Shown piece after piece: positions 19,828 through 30,370 of a stretch of DNA of 64,000 bases. The translations under genes and the position numbers were made by a program. Position 1 is the first letter of the stretch; each line of letters opens with the position of its first letter. Below the pieces are notes generated by a model. It searched no databases. It was not told the origin of the DNA and saw nothing but the letters and a program-made list of their open reading frames with translations. Origin of the DNA: an uncultured Gemmatimonadales bacterium (GTDB lineage: Bacteria; Gemmatimonadota; Gemmatimonadetes; Longimicrobiales; Gaopeijiaceae); NCBI GenBank assembly GCA_963823035.1, contig CAWGKG010000012.1, positions 1 through 64,000 on the forward strand, read 5' to 3'.

Positions 19828-22800
19828 TCAGGAGTTGGCGTCGTCCATGCCGCGCCAGCCGGCCGAGAAGGCCAGGCGGGCGAGGTCGGGCAGCGATGCC
19901 ACACCCGTGCGCTCCATGACCGCGGCGCGGTGGTTTTCGACGGTGCGCCGGCTGATGCCCAGGTCCACGGCAATGTTCTTGCTTGGATGCCCGGCCAGGA
20001 CACGGTCCAGGACCTCGCGCTGGCGCGGCGTCAACGTCGCCAGCCGCTCCGCTGCCTTCCGTCGACGCTCCGTCAGTGCGGGCGGCTGCTGGAATGCAAG
20101 CTCGATTGCACTGTTCAGGGTGTCGATCCCAAACGGCTTTTCGATGAAGTCCCTGGCGCCGGCCTTCATGGCCGCGACGGCCATCCCGACATCGCTCTTG
20201 CCGGTCACGATGAGAACCGGGATCGGGTCGCCGCCGGTACGAAGCCGGCGCAGGAGTTCGATGCCACCAATCCCAGGCAGCACGGCGTCGAGCACGAGGC
20301 AGGCTCTGCCGCCAGGCCGATAACCCTCCAGGAAGGCCTCGGCCGAGTTCATAGGCCGCAACGGTCCAGCCCATGCCTTCCAGCGCGGCACGCGTGGCAT
20401 CACGGACATGCTCGTCGTCCTCGACCACGATCACGAGGGCGGCCGAAGCGTCGCGATCGGGGCTGACGAAGCGGGCGCGCCGGACGGCACCCGGCGCAGC
20501 CGCTCCCGAACCGCCGCAATCAGTTCGGGAAGCTTCACAGGCTTGTTGATTTGCAGGCAATCCACGGCGGCGATCTCGTGACCGGCCGCACTGGAGATGT
20601 CGCCTGTCAGGACGATCACCGGCAGGTCAGGCCGCGATTCCCTGAGGGTCGACGCGAGCCGCAGCCCGTTCATGCCGTGCGGCAGACGATAGTCGACGAG
20701 CAGCAGGTCCGGCCGGATCCGGCCTTGCGCAACGAGTTCCAGCGCAGCTGCACCGTCGGCCGCGGCGATCGCCTCGCAGCCCGCCTCCCTGAGCGAAAGC
20801 TCAAGCAGTTCGCGCAGGGACGGATCGTCCTCGACGACCAGGACGGCAGCCTTGATGCGCAGCACACCGAGCGCCTTGGTTCGGCTCACATCTCTCGTGC
20901 GCTTGGCGGGAGCGGCAACATTTTCCGTTGCCCGCGCAACTTCGACCGAGAAGACCGAACCCTTGCCCGGCACGGAATGCAGGCTGACCCGATGCCCCAG
21001 AAGCTCGACCAGGCGACGCACGATATAGAGGCCCAGGCCAAGGCCACGGTTGCTCTGGCGTGCCGGATTGTCGAGCTGGTGGTAGGCCTCGAAGACCGCG
21101 TCGCATTCCTCCTCGGGAATGCCGATGCCGGTATCCCACACTTCGATAGCCACCGTGTCCTTGTGGCGGCGGCAGCCGATCAGGATCTTGCCCTTGCTGG
21201 TGTAGGTCAGTGCATTGGAGAGCAGGTTGCGAAGATTTCTTGAGCAGGCGCGGATCGCTGTGCACGACCAGGCTGCTGGACACCATGCGCAGGTCGAGAT
21301 CCTTGGTTGCCGCGAGGCCGGCGAATTCGTCGCTCAAATCGCACAGCAGATCGTCGACGGGAAAATCGACCGGCTCGGCGCGGACGTTCCCGGCCTCGAT
21401 CCGGTTGATATCGAGCAACGTGTTCAGAATGCCCGACATCGCGTCAAGCGACCGCTCCAGCGCGAGCGACCAGGTGCTCGACCGGCGTCGCCCCGACCGC
21501 CTTCGCCAGCAGCCCTTGCAGCAGGGTCAGCGACTGGAGCGGCTGGCGCAGATCGTGGCTGGCCGACGGCGAGGAAGCGCGACTTGGCGGCATTCGCCGT
21601 CTCCGCCTGGCGCTTGGCCTCCTCGAGGGCCTCGGCCGTCTGATGCCGCTCGGTGATATCGACGAAGGTGATGACGACACCTTCGACGCCCTTGAACTCG
21701 TTGCGATAGGGCAGGATCCGACGCACGAACCAACGATCGTTGTCCGCCGCGATCTCGCGCTCGACGGCACTCGGGCGTCTCCAGGACTGTCCGCGCATCG
21801 GCGAGCAGGTAGTGGTCGACATCCAGAGGCTGAAATCGGCTAACGGCCGGCCGATATCGCCGGGAATGAGGTTGAAGAGCGCCTTGTCTGCGGCGTGAAG
21901 AAGCGGATGTTGAAGTTGTTGTCGAGGAAGAGCGTCGCGACATTCGTGCTGAAGAGGACATTCTGCAGGTCGTTTGCGGCTGTCCGCTGCTGCTCCAGGG
22001 TCTCCATGAGCTGGTTGTTGAGCGCGTTGAGCTCCTCGTTGAGGGATTGCAGCTCCTCCTTGGACGTCAGCAGCTCTTCGTTCGTCGACTGGAATTCCTC
22101 GGTGACCGACATCTGCTGGTCGCTGGCCGTCCTGTGCTCGGTCTTCAACGTCTCGAGTTCTTCGACCGCCAGGCCGAGCTCGGCCTGTGTCGCAGCGAGC
22201 CGGTGCTCGAGCTCCTCGACACGAGCATCGTCACCCTGACCCGCCGTAGCGCCGGAGCCCACCTGCGGCTGCGTCTCCACAAACGTGACCAGGAAGTACG
22301 CCACATCGCCCAGGTTCACGGGACGCAGGTCGAGGCTCAGCGAAAAGAGCTTCCCGTCGCGCTTCGATCTTGCCGCACTCCACGACCATGCGGGCCTTGT
22401 CCTTGGCGACACGGCGCAGCGCCGACCGCAGCGGCGAACGCAGCTCGACGCGGGCCATCAGCATCAGGTTCCTGTTGGGCAATCCCGGAACCACGCGCAG
22501 GAAGTCGCCGATCGGCCCCAGGGTGAACAGACAATCGCCATCTGCATTGACCAGGACTGCCGCGGGCGCGAAGGCGTCGATCACCAGCTTGCGGCAGACT
22601 TCCGCAAGATTGAACTGGTGCTGGTCACGTGCGCGCGCCCGGCGGCGGACAGGTCTCCGAAAATGGCGCCACGCAATGCTCCCGCGCCCGCATGCGCCTG
22701 CTGACTTCGACCGACCTTGCGATACAGGCGCAGCGCCTTCGACAGCACCTCGAAGCGGTCTGCCAGACGGCCGACGGTCTCGGCACTGCCAAGCAGAAGA

Positions 22801-24123
22801 ACGCCGTTGGCATTCAGCGAGAAATCGAACAACGCGAGAACCTTGGCCTGCGCCTCAGGCCGAAGGTAGATCAGCAGATTGCGGCAGGAGACCATGTCGA
22901 GGTTCCGAACGGCGGATCCGCCAACAGGTTGTGCACCGTGAAGACGATCGATTCGTGCAGGACCGACGAAACCCTATAGCCGATTTCCTCACAATGAAGA
23001 AATGCTCGAGTGGGCTCTTGCCGACTTCCGACTTTATCGATTCGTGGTAGAGTCCCGCACGCGCCGTGGCGATCGCATCGGCATCGACATCGGATGCGAA
23101 GATCTTCAGGTCGATGTGATGGCCCGATGCCGCAATGGCTTCGAGGAAAACCATGGCCAGGGAATAGGCCTCTTCGCCCGTGCTACATCCGGCCACCCAG
23201 ATACGCAGCGGCTGCCGCTGCGTGCGGCTGCGGATCAGGGCGGGGACAATGCTCTGCCCGACGTGATCGAACACCTGGGGTCACGAAAGAAGCTGGTGAC
23301 CTTGATGTAGAGGTCCTTGACCAGAAGCTCCAGTTCATCGGGATCGTCTGCGCAGGCGATCGACATAGCGTTCCGCCTCGTTGCCAGCGATCTCGGCCAT
23401 GGCCATGCGCCGTTCGATCCGGCGCAACACCGTGCCCTCCTTGTAGTGCCGGAAGTCGTGGCCGGTGCTCATGTGCAGGACATCGATAACCTCGGCGAGC
23501 CAGTCCTGGTCAATGACCTCGGCGTCCGGGTCCCCACGGCTGGCATTCTGGCTGATGCGGCGTCCGTAGTTGGCGATCGCCTCGGCCATGTCCGCGATCG
23601 GCAGCACGAAATCGGCCGCGCCCGTGAGGATCGCGCTGCGCGGCATGCCGTCGAAGGCGGCCTCGAAGGGATCCTGGACGACGACCAGCCCGCCGTTGGC
23701 CTGGACAGCCCGCAGACCCAGGCTGCCGTCGGCGCCGGTTCCCGAGAGCACAACGCAGATGGCGCGGTCGCCATGTTCGTCCGCGAGCGAACGGAGCAGG
23801 TGGTCGAACGGAAGTCGCGGCCCTGCGCTGCCCGCCGACGCGGACAGATGCAACGTGTCGCCGGTGACCGACAGGTGGGAGCCGGGCGGGATGACATAGA
23901 GCCGGTTGGGCTCGATCGCCATGCCTTCGTCCGCCTGGCAGACGCCGACCTTTGCGTGTGCGGCGAGCAACGCCACCAGCATGCTCTCATGATGGGGGTC
24001 AAGGTGCTGGACCAGGATGTAGGCCATGCCGCTGTCGGCCGGAATCGTTGCCAACAGCTGCTCGCAAGCATCGAGCCCGCCCGCAGACGCTCCTATGGCA
24101 ACGATCGGAAATGTCCCGGACAT
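19828..24123 (-). CDS. CheB-CheR-PAS-histidine kinase-REC-REC-LuxR hybrid (probably one protein, several frameshifts)
   Basis: CheB GASAGG/QHL/SGTGADG; CheR RIWVAGCSTGEEAYS, SCRNLLIY; QSTNEEL.TSKEELQSLNEEL coil; SHDLRQPL; DTGIGI, GLGLGL; two VEDD receivers; LTPRQREV...SRRTVENHRA. Confidence 0.85.
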
Positions 24124-24267
24124 GACCTCAAACTCTCCCGTGGGCCGACACTCCAAAACAGAGGCATCGCATCCCGTGCTCGGAGGTTACACATCCCAAA
24201 AGCTACCGCCGAAGCACACATAATCAAGGAAAGCGCTGAGCAAATGCCGCTGTCAAGGCGCGCACCA

Positions 24268-24287
24268 TAAACAATTTCTTAACAATT
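24268..24287. promoter_or_regulatory. AT-rich direct repeat / CtrA-like site upstream of the CheB-CheR hybrid
   Basis: TAAA-N7-TTAAC; AACAATT repeated at 11-bp spacing. Confidence 0.35.
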
Positions 24288-24445
24288 ATTTTTCAAAGTC
24301 GCGCATGTGCCGCATATCTTCGATCGCCGTGGCAGGACCACGTCGACCGGTCGACGGATGAAACTTTCGAGCGTCCCGCTCTCTGGCTGCAGCGCCGCGG
24401 TCATGGCCAGGCGGCGCAGGAAATGTTCGTCGTCCTTGGTCGACA

Positions 24446-25334
24446 TCACTTCGCGAGCCGCTTGCGGATCGCCTGCAATTCCTTGTTCCGCGCTGCCGAC
24501 GTCTTCGGGTAGGCCATCTCGAGCCCTTCGAACGTGTCGAGGACGATCTGGGAGATGATCAGCCGCGCGTTCTCCTTGTCGTCGGCGGGCACGACATACC
24601 AGGGCGCGTCGCTCGGTGCTGGTGGCGCCGAGGCATTCCTCGTAGGCCTGCATGTACTGCTTCCAGAATTTCCGCTCCTCGATGTCCGCCAGGCTGAATT
24701 TCCAGTTCTTCTCCGGCTCGTCGATGCGCGCGAGGAAGCGCTTGCGCTGCTCCTCCTTCGAGAGGTGCAGGAAGAACTTGACGATGCGCGTGCCGTTGCG
24801 CGTGCAGGTGCCTCTCCAGGTCGACGATCGAGCGGTAGCGGTCCTGCCAGACCGTCGTCTCGTCGCGCGGCGCGTCCGGCAGCTCCTGCGCTGCGCAGGA
24901 TCTCCGGGTGCACGCGCACGATCAGCACCTCCTCGTAATAGGAGCGGTTGAAGATGCCGATCCGCCCGCGCTCCGGCAGGTCGCGCGTGGTGCGCCAGAG
25001 AAAGTCGTGCTCCAGTTCCGGCGGCGCTCGGATGCTTGAAGCTGAACACCTGGCAGCCCTGCGGGTTGACGCCGGACATCACGTGCTTGATCGCGCCGTC
25101 CTTGCCCGCCGCGTCCATCGCCTGGAAGATCAGCAGCACGGCGTAGCGGTTCGACGCGTAGAGAAGCTCCTGCTGCTCGCTCAACTTCGCAACGTGCTTC
25201 GCCAGCTCCTTCTGGTAATCCTTCTTCGACGCGTACACGGGCTTCACGGTCGTCGGCCACGCCTTGCCGTCGCCGAGGTCGACGGTGGCGCCCTCCGGCA
25301 CGCGAAAGTCCTTCGACTTGATCTTCATCCCCAT
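24446..25334 (-). CDS. ppk2: Polyphosphate kinase 2 family (single-domain, class III-like), frameshifted
   Basis: LLIFQAMDAAGKDG.IKHVMSGVNPQG, FNRSYYEEVL, KFFLHLSKEEQ, KNWKFS, APWYVVPADDK. Confidence 0.92.
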
Positions 25335-25718
25335 CCTCCCGGCGTTGCCGGCCGCATAGCATGGCCGTCGCGGCCTGACGCATCCAACAGGCCAGCCCGA
25401 TCAGCGGGCACGGTCCTGTGCACGTCCGCATATGCCCTTGCACAATGGATCCCAGATGCCGCGATCGTCCGGCGGGCACCAGGCCGCCGACTTACGCTGT
25501 CACGCGTCTACCTGGTTGCGCCCTGGCTGTTTGGCGACCGGGTCCCCCTTGTTTGCAGTCTGCGTGCGCGGAGGCGCGCCTGACGTAAGGCCTGATATCT
25601 CGTTGAGTGATGCCGCGGGACGGCTGAACCGGATCGTCGTTTTGGACTCGCGCTGGCACGGCAATGCAGCCTTGCTCGACAACGCTTATGCCCGGGTCTG
25701 ATCGGGAGCGTTCCCCGT

Positions 25719-26213
25719 TCAGCGAACAGGCCTCGGCGAGAAGCTCCTCGCCGGGTACGAGAGGTCAATCGTGACGTCTTCTTCTGCAGCCCCCACTGCA
25801 ACGGCTGCGGCACCGAACGCCGGCGCACTGAAGAAGCCGGTCGCGTTGTTGCTGAAGCCGTAGCCCTCTGTCGGTATCCCCAGGAAGTTTTCGTCCAGGA
25901 TGCCGTTGTCGTTTTCATCATGAAACACGATGACGGCATATCGACCCGGGGGGAGATGAAGGACGCAGATGCCCTGGGCGCCGAGCCTCGCCCTCATCGT
26001 CACCCCGACGAGGCGCGCCTTGTCGCTCAGCAGCCCGGACCTGGCCGCATTGGCAATGGAACTGCGGAACCCATCCGCACGATCGTAGAACCCGATCAAC
26101 AACGCGCCGCTGTCCGATCGCACGCCTGCGACCGTCAGACAGAGACTGCCGGCCTGAGCAGGTCCCGCCACCAGAAACGCCAGCACAAATCGCGCAACGA
26201 TCCTGGATATCAT
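25719..26213 (-). CDS. DUF2141 family exported protein
   Basis: LPPGRYAV.VFHDENDNG.LD.NFLGIPTEGYGFSNN. Confidence 0.88.
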   Translation of the reverse strand: MISRIVARFVLAFLVAGPAQAGSLCLTVAGVRSDSGALLIGFYDRADGFRSSIANAARSGLLSDKARLVGVTMRARLGAQGICVLHLPPGRYAVIVFHDENDNGILDENFLGIPTEGYGFSNNATGFFSAPAFGAAAVAVGAAEEDVTIDLSYPARSFSPRPVR

Positions 26214-26247
26214 GCGCCCATGCGAGTTGCGTCAGTCCCAATGCGGT

Positions 26248-26808
26248 TCAGCGTTTGATTCGGGAAATCTTGGTGCCCTCGATGCTGATCCCCGCCATCA
26301 GTCCCTGCTGGCTGAAGATGAACGCATAGGCATCATCCTTCAGCGTGGAGGTTGAAAGGTTCTTCGCGATGCCTTCGTCGACCACGACCACCGTGGGGCC
26401 CACACCGAGTTCCCAACCATCCGATTTCTCAAGGTAGGCAACGGCCTCGTCCGTCATCAGGAACACGACATACCCATAGGACTGTGCGCCGATCTGAAGC
26501 CCCCAGGACCCCGACAGCGAGTTGTAGTAGTCAGCGACCGTGGAATTCTTGATCAGCTCGCCTTCACCATAGCTGCCGCCAAAGACGAAACCGGCCTTCA
26601 CGATATTCGGGAATACGAGAATCGCTTTGGCACTGCGCGAAAGAACTTCGGCAACCGGCTCTGACTTATAGAGCGTCTGCAGGGCCTGGATACAATCCTT
26701 GTCCAGGTCCTCGGCGGTTGCCGCGCTCGCACTGTTCATCGCGCCTGTCGAGACAATCGTTCCCATCGCGAGCGTGAGCGCGAGGAAAGTGCTTCGCATG
26801 ATGTTCAT
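26248..26808 (-). CDS. SYLF/Ysc84-like putative lipid-binding protein
   Basis: AKAILVFP.IVKAGFVFGGSYGEG, GLQIGAQ, GLMAGISIEGTKIS; signal peptide. Confidence 0.88.
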   Translation of the reverse strand: MNIMRSTFLALTLAMGTIVSTGAMNSASAATAEDLDKDCIQALQTLYKSEPVAEVLSRSAKAILVFPNIVKAGFVFGGSYGEGELIKNSTVADYYNSLSGSWGLQIGAQSYGYVVFLMTDEAVAYLEKSDGWELGVGPTVVVVDEGIAKNLSTSTLKDDAYAFIFSQQGLMAGISIEGTKISRIKR

Positions 26809-26895
26809 CGGTCGACCTTCGTTGCTGGTTACGCGAACGCGCCACAACAGACCCAGCCCAACTTGGGCGGCCGTTGGCAGACGTCACACACGTTG

Positions 26896-26920
26896 AACGG
26901 CGCGCATGGAGAACCGTTCC
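26896..26920 (-). promoter_or_regulatory. Putative EcfG-type promoter GGAAC-N16-CGTT
   Basis: Exact motif ~90 nt upstream of the SYLF start. Confidence 0.65.
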
Positions 26921-26950
26921 GAAAGCGCCGTGACGGGTGCCTCGATTCCG

Positions 26951-27124
26951 CTACCTGATGCCGGCTCCACCAAGCACGCCCAGGAGCCACAGCACGATGA
27001 GGATGACCAGCACGAGACCGACCACTCCGCCGAGCCCACGCGAGCCGTAGCGATTGTATCCGTAAAATCCGCCGCCACCGCCGATCAACAGAATGACGAT
27101 GATGACTATAAGGAGCGTGCTCAT
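26951..27124 (-). CDS. Small Gly-rich membrane protein (DUF3309-like), 57 aa, absent from the ORF track
   Basis: MSTLLIVIIVILLIGGGGGFYGYNRYGSRGLGGVVGLVLVILIVLWLLGVLGGAGIR; GAGGGG SD. Confidence 0.8.
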   Translation of the reverse strand: MSTLLIVIIVILLIGGGGGFYGYNRYGSRGLGGVVGLVLVILIVLWLLGVLGGAGIR

Positions 27125-27241
27125 TTGTAATTCCCCTCAGGTCGTGTTGCGTCGCAAAAAGAAAGGTATCGAGTTTTGACTTGACGTATATCGCGTGGCT
27201 CCAGTCGCCCCGAGCCATGGCGCATCGCTTGTTCAAACGTT

Positions 27242-27266
27242 AACGCGTCCCGCTCCGGGCCGTTCC
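27242..27266 (-). promoter_or_regulatory. Putative EcfG-type promoter GGAAC-N16-CGTT
   Basis: Exact motif ~120 nt upstream of the DUF3309-like start. Confidence 0.65.
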
Positions 27267-27344
27267 CCATGCGACCCGGCTCCATGCCAGGCTGACGCCG
27301 AGGCGCCATGGCCGGAGCCCCCGCGAGGATCGCGCCGGTTCAGG

Positions 27345-27532
27345 TGGTCGATACCACGCTCGGCCAGGATCCCCTCGACGTCGCGATACGACAGCGTGAA
27401 CCTGGCGTAGAGCCAAACGGCGTTGCGAATGATCTCGGGCGGGAAGCGATGACGCTTGAAGGAGAGCGGAGCCATCGTTCGAGGCGACGGCCTCAACCCC
27501 TGACCCGCTACCTCACTCGATGTGACAACTCC
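27345..27532 (-). mobile_element. IS6 family remnant (putative left end plus first ~43 codons of the transposase)
   Basis: SFKRHRFPPEIIRNAVWLYARFTLSYRDVEGILAERGID then similarity stops; GGAGTTGTCACA at 27532 resembles an IS6 terminus. Confidence 0.8.
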
Positions 27533-27872
27533 TGCCCGCCATCAACGGATGAATGGCGCAGCCTTCGCGGCCAAACTATTGGTCACCGAGATCGCGAACG
27601 GAGGCGTTACGAGCAAGGAGCGCGATTCTGGCCCTGTTCAGGCGTCTCCCTGCCAAGACATAGCGCCATTGTGCCGACCAATGCCCGGAAATGTCGCGAT
27701 GTTCTGCCGCCGTCCCAGAGAGACAGCGGAGAGCACGGGGCGCGTGGTGGTCGGAGGCTGACTTAAACCGCGTCGCACAACGGCCGCAGCGCGCCGGCTG
27801 ACGACGGTGCTCCGACAGGGATATTACGCGAATGTTTCGCGAAATGGCCCCCTCGGGTCACATCGATACCGC

Positions 27873-27885
27873 TAAGTGCTTGAAA
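27873..27885 (-). promoter_or_regulatory. IHF-like site beside the tRNA 3' end
   Basis: TTTCAAGCACTTA vs consensus WATCAANNNNTTR (one mismatch). Confidence 0.4.
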
Positions 27886-27889
27886 AGAT

Positions 27890-27965
27890 TGGCGTCCCCA
27901 CGGGGACTCGAACCCCGGTTTACGGCGTGAGAGGCCGTTGTCCTAGGCCACTAGACGATGGGGAC
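27890..27965 (-). tRNA. tRNA-Glu (anticodon CUC)
   Basis: GTCCCCA acceptor stem, anticodon arm ACGGC-CTCTCAC-GCCGT, GGTTCGAGTCC T-arm, CCA end; 76 nt. Confidence 0.97.
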
Positions 27966-28119
27966 GCAGTGGCCGCGACCCGTCAGGGCGCGCGGCCTTC
28001 ACATAGTGGAGAGCGGAGCCGCGGTCAACTGCTCGTCCGCCTGCCCGGCTTGCCGCCCTCGGCGCGGCTGTGACAGGATCACCGGACGCAACAAACGACA
28101 ACAAATGCGGGAGGACAGC

Positions 28120-28780
28120 ATGGGCCACATGATCGCGTTCAAGCGGCCGGATGGCGGCGAGACGGCAGGCTTCCTGGCCGAGGCCGGCAAGGGCCGGCCG
28201 GGCATCGTCGTGATCCAGGAATGGTGGGGCCTCAACGACCAGATCTGCGGCGTCGCCGACCGCTTCGCCCGGGCCGGCTACAACGCCCTGGCGCCCGACC
28301 TCTACGAGGGCCGCGTCGACCAGGAGCCCGACGAGGCCAACCACCTGATGGACGGTCTCGACTTCCCCGGCGCCACGCACCAGGACATCCGCGGCGCGGT
28401 CCGGCACCTCAAGGGCATCGGCGGCAAGGTCGGCGTCATGGGCTTCTGCATGGGCGGCGCGCTGACCGTCGCCGCGGCCGTGCACGTGCCCGAGGCCGAC
28501 GCCGCGGTCTGCTTCTACGGCATCCCGCCCAAGGAGTTCGCCGACCCGGCGAAGATCGCGAGTCCCCTTCCAGGGCCACTTCGCCAACCAGGACGACTGG
28601 TGCACGCCGGCCGCGGTCAACGCGCTGGAGACGGACTGAAGGAGGTCGGCGCCGCCCATGAGGTCTTCCGCTACGACGCCCAGCACGCCTTCTTCAACGA
28701 GCGTGAGCGACGCCTACGACGTAGCCAGCGCCCGCAACTCCTGGGCGCGCATGGCGGACTTCCTCAAGAAGCATCTCTGA
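28120..28780 (+). CDS. Dienelactone hydrolase family protein
   Basis: VIQEWWGLN, LAPDLY, GFCMGG, FYG.P, HAFFNE; frameshifts near C-terminus. Confidence 0.9.
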
Positions 28781-28790
28781 GCGATCGCCG

Positions 28791-30242
28791 ATGACCACGA
28801 CGGTCGTCCGTCGGGCCGCCTGGCTGGTGGCCTGGGACCAGGCGGCGCAGCGACACGCCTATCTGAGGGACGCCGACCTGGCGTTCACGGACGACCGCAT
28901 CGTCCACGTCGGGCCGGACTACGAGGGCACGGCTGACCGCGAGATCGACGGCCGCCATGCCTTCGTCCTGCCGGGTTTCGTCGACCTCCACTCGCACCCC
29001 TCCAACGAGCCCGCCTATCGCGGCGTGCGCGAGGAGCACGGCGTGCCCGAGATGTACATGTCGGGCCTCTACGAGCGCAGCACGATCTACCGCACCGACG
29101 CCGAGGGCTCGCTGGCCGCGGCCGAGGTGGCATACTCCGAGCTGCTGCTGTCGGGCGTGACCTCCCTGGTCGACGTCTCGGGCGCCTACGACGGCTGGAT
29201 TGACCTCATGGCCCGGAGCGGGCTGCGGGGCTGGGTCGCGCCCTGGTACAGCTCCGCCTCCTGGAAGATGGAGGCCGGCCACAAGCTCGGCTTCACCTGG
29301 AACGAGGCCGGCGGGCCGAAGGGCATGGCCGCGGCCGAGGCATTGATGGGCGAGGCCGAGCGCCACCCGAGCGGGCGGCTGTCGGGCATGTACAGCCCCG
29401 GCACGATCGACACCTGCACCGAGGAGCTGCTGCGGGACACGATCGCCGCAGCGCACGCGAGCGGGCGGCCGGTGACGACCCACATCGCCCAGTCGGTGGT
29501 GGAGTTCAACCTGATGGTCGAGCGCCACGGCAAGACGCCGGTGCAGTGGGCCAACGACATCGGCTTCCTGACACCCCGTACCCTGCTCGCCCACGCAATC
29601 TTCATCGACGATCATTCCTGGCTGCACTGGCGCACCAGGCGCGACCTGTCGATTCTTGCCGACAGCGGCGTCTCGGTCGCCCACTGCCCGACCCCGTTCT
29701 GCCGCTACGGCCAGATGCTGGAGGACTTCGGGCGTTACCTGCGCGTCGGCGTCACCATGGGCATCGGCACCGACACCCTGCCCCACAACTTCCTGGAGGA
29801 GATGCGGAAGTCGGCCGTGCTGGCGCGGATCGCGGCCGGCGACATCAAGACGGTCGACACCGCCGACATCCTGCACGCAGCGACCGTGGGCGGCGCGACG
29901 GCGCTGGGGCGCGACGACCTCGGCCGTCTGGCCCCCGGCGCGAAGGCCGATATCTTGATCGCCGACCTCGAGCACCCCCACATGCGTCCGGTGCGCGATC
30001 CCCTGAGGAGCCTGGTCTATTCGGCGGCCGAGCGCGCCGTGACCGACGTCTTCGTCGACGGTCGCCAGGTCGTCGCCGACCGCCGCGTCGCCGGGCTCGA
30101 CCCGGAGAGCGCCCACGGCCGCCTGCAGGAGGCCCAGGCCCGGATGCTGTCCGAGGGCCGGCGCAAGGACTTCGCCCACCGCGACGCGGAGACCATCGTG
30201 CCACTGAGCCTGCCTCGCCTGGGCGACAACCGGCGCCCGTGA
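28791..30242 (+). CDS. Metal-dependent amidohydrolase (AtzA/TrzA/SsnA-like superfamily)
   Basis: PGFVDLHSH, THIAQ, AHA, HCP, GTD, GRLAPGAKAD; intact 483 aa. Confidence 0.88.
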   Translation: MTTTVVRRAAWLVAWDQAAQRHAYLRDADLAFTDDRIVHVGPDYEGTADREIDGRHAFVLPGFVDLHSHPSNEPAYRGVREEHGVPEMYMSGLYERSTIYRTDAEGSLAAAEVAYSELLLSGVTSLVDVSGAYDGWIDLMARSGLRGWVAPWYSSASWKMEAGHKLGFTWNEAGGPKGMAAAEALMGEAERHPSGRLSGMYSPGTIDTCTEELLRDTIAAAHASGRPVTTHIAQSVVEFNLMVERHGKTPVQWANDIGFLTPRTLLAHAIFIDDHSWLHWRTRRDLSILADSGVSVAHCPTPFCRYGQMLEDFGRYLRVGVTMGIGTDTLPHNFLEEMRKSAVLARIAAGDIKTVDTADILHAATVGGATALGRDDLGRLAPGAKADILIADLEHPHMRPVRDPLRSLVYSAAERAVTDVFVDGRQVVADRRVAGLDPESAHGRLQEAQARMLSEGRRKDFAHRDAETIVPLSLPRLGDNRRP

Positions 30243-30370
30243 CCCGGGATCGCGCCTCTGCCCGATCCTCGGTTTCGGCTTATGATGGGCCATGACGATC
30301 CGCCCTGCCCCCCGCACGCCCCATGAGACGCCGCCATGCCGGCGCACGGTCGATGCAGCGCGGGCCTGAG

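Noticed and set aside
25653..25670. Sigma-54-like TGGCAC...TGCA
   Set aside because: GG-to-GC spacing is 9 rather than 10 nt, and no plus-strand gene follows
25681..25714. GGAAC...CGTT upstream of ppk2
   Set aside because: Spacer is 25 nt, incompatible with an ECF promoter
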